Positions 50,895-61,311 of a stretch of 64,000 nucleotides of DNA are shown here, piece by piece. The stretch spans positions 184,581,741-184,645,740 of the forward strand of contig CM041465.1 in the NCBI GenBank assembly GCA_023213395.1, in the 5' to 3' direction. The translations under genes and the position numbers were made by a program. The notes under the pieces are model-generated. The model saw only the letters and a list, made by a program, of their open reading frames with translations. It did no database searches and was not told the origin of the DNA. How positions within the stretch are numbered: the stretch's first letter is position 1; every line of letters starts with the position of its first letter. The DNA comes from Cycas panzhihuaensis. Lineage: Eukaryota; Plantae; Cycadophyta.

Positions 50895-52727
50895 ATTGAG
50901 AGTGTTAAGGATTATTTGTAGATTAAAAAGTTATGAAGGTGACTTGAAAAAATAATTACCTAGTGAAAGTACTAATCTTGTTAACAGATCTAATTCATAA
51001 AGACATCTTAATTTGCATTGATTGATTTTAAAAAAGAATCATGTGTTTTTAAACAGAAATAAACAAACAACTTCTTAAAAATAATTCCTTAAGCTGTCAT
51101 TTTTGAAAAACAGTTTTAGAAAAATAGTCCCCCTTTGGAAAAAATAGTCCCTGTTTACTTTGAATAAAAAAGTCCTTGTTTAAAAAGTAATCCCCTTTTG
51201 AAAATAGACTGTCCCCTTTCAAAAATAACAAGTCCCTTTTAGAAAAAATAAACAATTTCCCTTAACGAAGTGAGTGTTTTACTTAAAAAAAAATTGTAAC
51301 TAGGTATTTAGTTTCCCTCTTTATTTAAAAAAAAATAAATGTATAATTTTAAGTATTAAATTCAAATCTTTAAGTGTTGGGGAAAAAATAATAATTAATG
51401 TAAAAAGAGTATAATAAAAGGAATGGATTTGATAAGTAAAAGGTTAATTTTAATTTTCTTAAAATTAACTATGTTAATTTGAAATAATTTTTAACATTAA
51501 AATGTAGTGATAAAAAGGTTTAAAGAGTAATAGAAGGGTATATATTTACTTTAGAATCAAGATATAATAGAAAAAGAGGGATTATATTTGATTTAAATTA
51601 AGTATACAATACAAAATTTAATCAAAAAAGAAACATGATAAGGAAAAGGAGAGGGGGGTTGAGCTTATGTTTCATCAAAGAAAAGAAAAAAAAAAGAGGG
51701 GGCTAATGTTTTATCATTAAAGTATTGTAGAGGAGAAAGGTTAATTTTAACATTCTAAAAAAGGTTAAGAGTAAAATATAAGGGAGGTTATTTGATTTGA
51801 TTAAATAGTCAAAATGATAAAAGAGGGGGTGTTATTGAGGGGGGGTATATAAATTTGTTTTAATAAAGGTATTATAAAAGGGGTTTAAAGTTTGTTTTAA
51901 TAAAAAAGTATTTAAGAGGAGGGGGGGGACTTTGATTTAAATCAAAGTATAAAGTTAATGGGGGGGACTTTGATTTAAATCAAAGTAATAAAGTTAATGG
52001 GGTTTGATTAAAATCTGTTTTGATTAAAATCAAAATGATTTTAAATCAAGGTAAGGTGGGGGGGTTTTAAGGTTTAAGGTTAAATCAAGATTAATTTTTA
52101 AATTGGACTTTATAAAGCTTAAGGGGGGGGCGGGGGGGGGGGGGAGGGTTTATTTTAAATCAAAAATAAAAAAATAAAAAATAAAAAACAAAAAATAAGG
52201 GCACAGACCTGACGAAAGATTAGAAATTAAAAAATAAAATGAAAAATTAAATTCATTTGGGGTCCGAGGGGGTAAAGGGTAGAAACCCTACCTTTTATCG
52301 TATTGGCGATGGCAGCAGCGAGGTTGCAGGTTGACAATGCTTCGGAGTGATGACGATTCAAATGCGGGCGGCTGCTGGTTTCCTTTGTCTGGGTAGCTCA
52401 CAGGGGGTCTTCACCGTCTAGGTCGTTCGTCCGAGGTGGCTCTCTTTCGCAAGTTCGTTCTTCGATGGAAGTTTGTATGACTTGGAGCTGCATTGATGGC
52501 ATGGAGCGATGATGGAAGGTTATCTTCTTGCAGGTCTTTGATCCTCTTTCTGTGTCACCAACTTATACACGCTCTCATCTGGGCTTTTCAAGGATAGCCT
52601 CTTCATTCGAGAGACGGGTACATCCTTCCAATACTATAAAGCTATATTTATTAAAGAGTTTACAGTTCCGTAGTCATCAAGTTAGTTATTTTTCAGAGAA
52701 ACCTATTTGTCTCAGTAAGTTCATCTT

Positions 52728-53279
52728 GTGTTGGATCATGTCAAGGAGGAAGAAGAATATTGTGGAATTCCTAAACTAAAAACTGGGGGCAGTATCAAGT
52801 TGCCAATATATATTGATAATTCCCAAATTAATGAAGTGCTCAATCCACCAAAGGTGATAAGGGAAGTGATACAAAGGAGAGGAATAACACCTCGGAATCA
52901 TGCCAAGCATAATAAATTGGCCATTGCAGAAACAAGTGCAAAGAACCACGCTAGAAAATAGGATTCAAGCCGTAGAGAATCTTCTTTACCACCACTTATT
53001 AGGCATTCCATGAGTAAAGAATATCAGTACCCATCTGGGAACATGTTTAAAGGCAACAGTACTGACTTCATTGCAAAGAATGCTTTGGATGCATCAATGG
53101 CACCATGGCGTATTTCCAATTTTAAGCTCAAATCATCGGATCCTCAAAAGCAGAAAGAAAATTTTGGAAAAGTTCCCGCATACTTGATAAGAAGAAAAAT
53201 TGAGTTTGCACAAGCAGATGATCAAAGAATTAGGGACGAGGGAGCTAAAAGTATTCCTCCAGTTGGCATCTTTTGGTAG
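52728..53279 (+). pseudogene. ENKD1: Captured fragment of an enkurin-domain gene (ENKD1-like, cilium/basal-body associated), one internal stop, C-terminally truncated
   Basis: ORFs 52728-52961 and 53010-53279 are in the same frame, separated by a single TAG. Motifs PRNHAKHN, TDFIAKNALDASMAP and NFGKVPAYLIRRK...SIPP follow the ENKD1/enkurin order (PKDH..EN, DFIRHNA..A..AP, G.VP.YL.ER...PPG). Recognised from memory. Confidence 0.78.
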
Positions 53280-54433
53280 TGTAATGGCTTTGCCATTGCT
53301 CAGCCTGGATTTAACTAACCTGTAAAAATTGCTATTGATTTTGTATCATTTATATGCAAGTATTGAAATGTGGTTAAGGGATTGTTCTATTTTATATTGA
53401 ACTGAAAGCTCTGGCAACTGGAGTCTTTTTGGTCTGATATTGTGCTATGATACCATGATAGAATAGGCACATGCACACAGTCATCACATCACAGGAATTG
53501 AATTAAAACACAAGAAAATGACAATGCACATGTACACAGGGTTGGCAGGTGGAAAACCCCTTATGGGGAAGAAAAACCACCTCCTAATCTAAATTATATT
53601 AATAAATAAATGAAACTAAAATACACAATAACCAACCCCCTAAAATAGCCTTGATTCATGCATATGGATAGACCTCCTAGATTCTTGGAACCAATTGCAT
53701 GAATCTAGGAGATTAATAAATAAGACAGAGGTTCATTACAATGTGGTTCCGCATTTCAGTGACCATTCACAAATTAATTAATTTTAAACATAAGTTTACA
53801 ACTTTACAATCACTTAAATTATTTTTAAGACATGTGACTTAAATAATAACATTAAGAAATATAAGTTTACATTATATAATCTAATAGGATCTAACAACCA
53901 AAGTAGACTTTGAGGAGATCAAGCAAGCTATCATATAAGCCCCAATGTTAGTCTTATCAAAATTTAATAAATCTTTTATAATTTATTCTTATGTATCTAA
54001 TGGGTCTTGTGTAGCTACCTACTTTAAGAGAATCACCAAAATAAGGATTGACCTATAACTTATCTTAGTAGAAGCTTGAAAGAATATTAGTGGAAATATA
54101 CCACTATAAAAAAGTAAGCATATTCGTTGGTGATAGCTATAGAAAGTTTTAGTCATTATATAGTACATACACACACTATATTTTATGTCCCAACATATCT
54201 AGTTAAGAGATTATTGATAGATTCAAATCCTTATGAGAGATGGATGAAATGTCTATCTAGAATTCAAGAGTTTAATATGGAGATTAAACCCATGAAGCCC
54301 ATTAAGAAACACAAGTTATGTCATCTAATAGTTGACTTAGAACTCATAAAACTACTATAAGTAGAATGGAGAGAAGATGAAGTGGATGAAAATATAATGA
54401 GTGCTACAAAAGAGGAGATAGATGGTTTCTCCC

Positions 54434-56975
54434 TATTGGGAAACACAAATGAAAGCAAAGGTCGACATGATCTTTTATAGTAGGTAGATCATAGTAGAAA
54501 TCACACACACAGGACACCAGATTTCTGTGAAAAACCCTTATAGGTAAAAACCCACCAAATAATATTAATCATATTTTTAACAATCTAATGTTGTACATAG
54601 TTTGAACTTTGATCTATATTTATAGATCTAAAGTGCCAAAATATAATTATAATTACATCTATTAGGTCACCCATATCAAGAATATTCCACCTACATATTA
54701 GGCACATAAATAGACCCACTTTACATTAATTGGTATATTAACATATTATAACCTCCTCTCTTAATGTAAATGTGGGGTAATAAGGTTTATCCTTGGGAAT
54801 AGATCCCCTCTCAAGGATAACCTTATCCAATATGCATGAATGTCGATCTAGCAATCCTCAGTTAGATCTTGGTGAATAGGTCTATAAGTTGATCTCCACT
54901 TGGATAAACTTAAACCTGCATCTTCCTTGATATGATCTTCTCTCGAATGTAATGGTGTTATACCTTATATCTGGTTGATTCTTTAGAAATACTCTAATAG
55001 ACTATGCAACCATACTACTCTCTCTCTACCTAACACTTTATCCATACAACTCAACCATATTCCTTTGACTAAACTAAGAGGTTAAGTCACTTGAACCATG
55101 AATCTTCTCTTCAAGTTTCCACTAAGGAACACTGGCATCTCATTCATTTGATATGACACCTAACTATCTGAAGCTGCTAAATTAAGGATCAAATAGACCA
55201 ATAAACATAGAGAAAGGTGCAAAGTGTCTCCTCATACCTGAATTCTACTAGAAATCTCCTATATAATAAGCTTTACCAACTTGCAAACTGACTAGGTGCT
55301 TTCCTTGGAGATAGGGGACCTAAATCCCCTATAACACTCCTCCAATACAACTCTCTATTATGAATCTCCACTTGCTAGAATGTTGGTATCTATCACAAGC
55401 TTTGAGTGGAATATTGATCCTCATACTTTAATCATCTTGTAGGTCTTCAACCATTAATGGAACATGGGGTTGCAATCCATGTCTCCTCAAATAATGGCTC
55501 CTCATTATTAATCTTCTACTAGGTCTTGCCTCTGTCTCAAACATAATGTTAGGTAAACAAACCTCCAAACATGTTAAATCATGACTAAGAAAAGTGAAGC
55601 AATGAAGGATGGAATCTATAATTAGATGAAACTTAGCATGATATGTCATAAACTCTTCAACTTTAATATCTAGATTAATCACAATGCATTCCCTTATAGA
55701 TCACATTGTTTGTAAGCTAAACAACCCCATAGGCTTCAAACTCTTGCAATCTTACTGTTGTAATCTTTGTCTAAGATGTATGCACTCTAATGCACTTAAG
55801 GAACAAATAAAAGGCTTTTGACTAGTCCAAAACATAACATGAGGGGAATATATGCCATAAATAATTACAACAAGGTGCCAAATACTTGTTCACTATAATT
55901 TCTACTATTAAAACATGGGAGGGCAATACTAACATGTATGAAACCTCACCATCTGCATCATGGTACCTTTTATAATACAACCTAAGAGGGGTATATGAGA
56001 TAACTCTCATTTCATACCATGAGAAAAGGCATAACTAATTTTAAGACATCTCATCTTAGACCTTTCCATTTACACTTCAAATTTTATCAATCACTCTATC
56101 TTGCTTCCATATTAGACTTATTTAGATATGCATACATGTTGAACCAACACCAAAATAGGCCATAAACCTCTATATATTAGTCATATTTTTTACTTACAAG
56201 CATTGTAACTACTTCAAGCTAATTATAACTCTACTGAAAAGATGCCACACTCATAACTAGATCTCCAATGGCTTCTACAAGGCACCAGGGACTACAAATA
56301 AACACTCCACAGGTGGTGATGCTCTCTACATAGCTACAAACTTAATGGCATCATCAAATAAAAATCTAGCACCTGCAATAGGCTTAAATGAGGCTCAAAT
56401 GATTAGCAATAGAGTAACCAGGGCTACAAATCATCTTTAACTTATCCACATAACTCTATATAGCTTAGAATACTTGCAAACATAAATCAAAATGCTACCG
56501 GGATCCTCTAGCAATCATCTACACCTCCGTCGTAGTTTTGCAGGGTTGTTAGATAAGGCAATCCATAAAGGACAATCCAATATGACCTAGCACCAATGAT
56601 TGGACCATCCAACAATAATGATCTATCTGTGCATGAACTATAGGCTCTGATACTATGTTAGAAAATATAAATGAAAGTAAAGGTCGACAAGATCTTTCAC
56701 AGCAGATAGATCACAGTAGAAAACATGCACAGAGGATACCAGATTACTGTGGTAAACCCTTGTAGGTAAAAACCCACCAAATAATATTAATTATATTTTT
56801 GATAATCTAATGTTGTACATAGTTTGGACTTTGATCTATATTTATAGATCTAAAGTGCCCAAATATAATTACAATTATATCTGTCAGCTCATCCATATTA
56901 AGAATATTCCACCTACATATTAAGCATATAAATAGGCCCACTTTACATTAATCGATATATTAACATATTCCAACA
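54434..56975 (-). mobile_element. Non-autonomous Copia deletion derivative (~2.5 kb)
   Basis: 320-bp LTRs at 54434-54753 and 56656-56975 (~85-90% by eye). TSD CTCCC on both sides. PBS complement GCTCTGATACTA at 56644-56655. Internal gag and protease traces plus RNase H tail HHYIREK...QLIDLFTK (~54870-54960). No INT or RT. Confidence 0.9.
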
Positions 56976-59938
56976 CTCCCCTTTATTATAAGATATTAAA
57001 TTTTATTTACAAGATGGTGAATGCCCTCCTCATTTGGATAAGAGGGGGTGTAGGACTCTAAGAATGAAGTCAAAACCATATGTTTTAGTCCAAGAAAAAT
57101 TATAAAGGAGAAATTTTGATGGTATATGAAACACACAAGAGTGGGTATAGATCACAAGCAACAAACCTAGTGATAAAAGCCTAGGGCATAAAAGGTAAAT
57201 GTGTAGGATAAAGGTGAGCTAAAGTAGTACTTAAGGCACATGTGCTCCTCTCAGATGTGGATGTGAAGGTATATTATATTTTTAGATGATTAGAGGAAAG
57301 GATAGGCTAGGGAAACACATAACTATGTACATCTATATGTTATTTTCATTTAATGAAAATAAAGAGTTACCCTAACTAGAAGTATAATATTGCCCTATAA
57401 GTTTAGGGACTCATAATATGTAAACCCTTCCTTTGTTCAAGCTTCCAATAAAAACATGTAAGGACTATTTGATAGAATGCTAATGCAATGCAATATGCAC
57501 AAAAAAAGAAGATAAAGGTGTTTCTTTTTTGGGGGGATCTTTATGTTTTTTTTTTTTTCTTTTTTTTAAGAGGGAAGATGATGAATAAAAGACTAAAAAA
57601 GAAGGAACTAAAAGGAATAACTTCTTTTTCTTTTCTTTTCTTTTCTTTTTTTTAATCTTTTTCCAAAGAAAAGGGAATAAGGGGGGTGTAAAATGAAGAA
57701 GAACCTATCTAAGTTCCTTTTCACCCATTCCTTTAATTTATTTTGGCTTTTTCCTTTTTCTCTTTTAATGATAGAAAAAAAGGTCAAAAAGAGAGAAAGA
57801 AAGTGTACTTGGGAATGATGAGATGCACTCCTTTAATCATGTCCTATTTTGATGTGAAAGGGTTGAGCTAAAAGAGTGACTCGAATGAAAAGAGATATGT
57901 TCCACTATACAAAGTCTAAGGAAATTTTCAATAGTATTTTTACTTATCGAATGCATTTATGATGTAGAAAATATTTATGCCAATGACTCAATATGAAGAA
58001 AACATAAGCCTAACTATGTGAGTTAGCTTACCTTTTGTGAGTCTTTACTAAAGTGGGAGCCTAGCGAATGGCTCCAAGCCTTAGTTAGTGGTGAGGAGAT
58101 AACTTGATCTCCTATTTCCTATAACAAATCAAGCACTATTCCTACAAGGCAACCACTGAAACAAAATCGCAACCATACATATGTAATTCCTCCAATAAAT
58201 AGTAAGGTCAAAAGTAAGCTAAATGAATATGCAACTCAACTAGTAAAGGAGGAGGAGATGGAGCCTCATATTGGCTCAATGTCCCCCAAATATGGTAGTC
58301 TCCCCAAGCTATACTTGGATAATACCTCCCCCTATAATAACCTCTAAGATCAATAGAGGAAGAAAGAACAAAAGGTTAAGGAAGAGGGATGTTAAAAGAA
58401 GGGAATAGTTAAGAAAAGTTTAGTTTATCAAGTGGAATAAAATAAAATGCAAATAAGAAACAACACATAAGAGAACAACTTACCAAATGAAAAAGGAGGA
58501 TTCTTACCTTTTCTTTTTTACTAGTGGAATTGAGCATCTCCAAGGATGTAATCAACTAGTGGTGGTGTAGACCAAGGGTGCATAATTCTCATGGATTTTT
58601 AGTAGTGTAATGGCATAGTATCACCTCTCAACTTGATCTCCCCCTCTAATAGACCAAATGGGGATATTTATAACTGAGGACAAAGGTGAGAAGGGTAGCT
58701 TTTAGCCTAGAATAAAGAAAATAAGGGGATAAACCTGTAACTAAAAACCATATGGGAATAAGGAATTTGAGTGTGATTTAGCCTCTTAGGCCACATAAAT
58801 CTAACGAGCATCAATCTAGGACTGACATGAGCCACCTAGGACTAGTAAGGATGTCTTAATAAGTTGATTATCACCATGAGGATCAAATCTTGGTAGGTAT
58901 ATTTGTATCATAAATATATTTATGGTACTATAAAATACTTTATGATACCATTATTACAAGTAAAATACATAGCGATTTGGCAGCAGACAAGTATTTTAAA
59001 TGTAAAACACATGTAAACATGCTAATAACTCACCAATGAATAAATCTGGGTGCAGATAAAATTAATAAGAAGTGGATAATAATGAAAAAAATCACAATCA
59101 ATAGATCCAAATGAGATTAAGAGGGTGTTGTAGGAGGGGTAAACACCTTTTCCAACTTAAGAAGCTTGATGGGTGGATTAATGGCCAGTGACCAAAGTCA
59201 TACTTGTCATTGACTAAGGTAAACATAACTCACCACATAGAACAAAAAAGTAAATAAAGACATACACCTATTATCTATGATCATAATATATAAAATCAAT
59301 GAGGTATAAAGAGTAATGAATCATACTTCCACTTACTTGTTTGTAGTAGTGTCTATGTCGTTCTTGGGAGCCAATAAATACTACCCCCTTGGCAATAAAG
59401 CCTCTTCAACTTATGGCCAAAAGATGATAAATGTTACCAACATAAATAATATAAGATGTAATAATAAACTCATGTATGTGGGATAAGGGGTTGGTTATGC
59501 CATAGTTTTGCCTCATTAACAGATGATTAGAGGGCGTTGCCCTTAGTTTAGGCTCCTTAGAGAACTATGTTAGAGGTGTACTATCTAGGAGAGATGATAG
59601 GTTAGTGACTATATCAATTTGGAGAGGCTTGTGGATGTAATGAACCTAAATGAGTATGAGTAGGGTCACCTTAGTTTATCCTCATTAGTGGCTATCTTTT
59701 GGAATGGGGTGTTAAGTTGTTAGGGTATTACCCCAACAATAAGATAAGATGGGTGATGTGGCCTAAAGTTAGGTTCAAAAGCCCTAGATCCTTGGATATA
59801 CAAAGCGGTGCCTCAAATATCCAAGCGGGGGGAGGGGGGGTACTCAATAGTTAAGGTGGATTGCTATAGTTTAACCTTATTAATGATAATATTTTGGAGG
59901 AGGAGTTATTTAGGCCTATATTAGAGCTATATTTTTGG

Positions 59939-60047
<109 letters not shown>

Positions 60048-61237
60048 TATAACAAGAAAATAAAGAGATAAAAATGAAACAACAAGAAGGATAAGGTCAT
60101 GGGTATTAAGGAGCAATGCACCTTAAGGGTGGACACAACCTAGTTAGATACACACAAAGATATATAAATATACATAATAGTTTACTCTCATTTTAGAGAC
60201 TGAGTGGTAGTTTAGGCTCTTATCAAAGCATGAAGAAAGCTTGACAATGTGTCCTAACTTCTAGTATGGGCTAAGAATGCCCGAAGTTGTCACCATAGTT
60301 TAGTCTCTTCAGTGTATGCCCCTTGAAGGTGATAGTAGGAGGGGTTACCTCATAAATGAGTATCTTAAAGGTGGGCCTATTAGGCTGGGAGAGAATCATT
60401 TACATATGGAAAATAACATTCGAGGATGAAGGCTATTAATCTATTAGTCTTTATATTTAGTCCTCATGGGATGTGATGAATGGAGACAAAGGAGAATTAG
60501 GCCTAAAGGAACCTAACATGATCAACAAGGGGTCTTAATTATGGTAATAAACCTAATAGACTTGAGTGAGCTAAGACATAATGAGTTAAGAGTTAGAATA
60601 CTACACAACAAGGCTATGGTAGACACATAAAGCATTAGATAATAACTCTATGATGGCACTGTACTTAGTTATATTATTTATAACTATAGATAAATAGACT
60701 CCAAAGCACATAAGAATGTGTCCTAGGTGATCTCAAATAGTCCAACCTGTAGTAAGAGGGCCAAGATTCCCACATTTACCCTTGTTAGTATTGATAATCA
60801 ATGCCATGCTAATATACAAAGGTGAATCAAGGTGGACTTATTGAATAAAGGGAGATGACAAGAATCAACTAACATCATGAGGACTTAGTTAGGCATGTAA
60901 ACTCTAATTGCGATAATGAGTAATATTAAGTCCTCAGGAGCAACTGTATGCTAGTGTCATGATCATTTCTAGAACCCATGGTAGGCTATATCCATGTCAA
61001 ATAGGTTTTGATCATGATTGAGACCATGGTGGGTCCACACAATTAGATCTAAAGGTCCTAAGATGGCCCATTCAACTAGATCCAAACTATGAATCATAGA
61101 TGGGGATAATATTATCACACAACTTGTCCTAGATTCTTAAGTAGGTGGCGGTGAATATGCTCCCTTAACAAATCATATATATATTTTCTCTTTTTCTTTT
61201 ATATTTTTTTCCTCTTTTCTTTTTCTTATTCCCCTTT

Positions 61238-61242
61238 ATACA

Positions 61243-61278
<36 letters not shown>

Positions 61279-61311
61279 GAAGTAAGTATATATGTATATG
61301 TATATATATAT
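61238..61311. repeat. (TACA)n/(TA)n compound microsatellite
   Basis: Direct reading. Confidence 0.95.

Larger units (their letters stand above)
46163..53886 (-). mobile_element. Full-length Ty1/Copia carrying an antisense ENKD1-like host fragment in its leader
   Basis: 431-bp LTRs at 46163-46593 and 53456-53886 (about 28 mismatches, ~93-94%). TSD GGATC at 46158-46162 and 53887-53891. PBS complement GCTATGATACCA at 53444-53455. PPT complement TCCCCCTTT at 46594. Confidence 0.95.
37000..57125 (+). mobile_element. Tat-type Ty3/Gypsy, domain order gag-PR-aRH-RT-RH-(INT), interrupted by three LTR insertions and truncated
   Basis: Gag LHDVPNKAWDVISKFYG (~37055). Protease MVDTSTFYNVMPY (~43940). 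Additional RNase H HFDRAKS...NNTSKYVAL (~44440-44800). RT FAWTYDDLKG, KDKYPLP, MIYLDG, SLNPKK (45270-46160). RH at 53892-54330. Pre-integrase DIKFYLQDGECPPHL at ~56990. The reading resumes across each TSD. LTRs not found. Confidence 0.85.

Noticed and set aside
52728-53279. An intact host ENKD1 gene with TEs in its introns
   Set aside because: It is enclosed between the PBS and gag of one TSD-bounded element, has an in-frame stop, and no further exons were recognised in the window.
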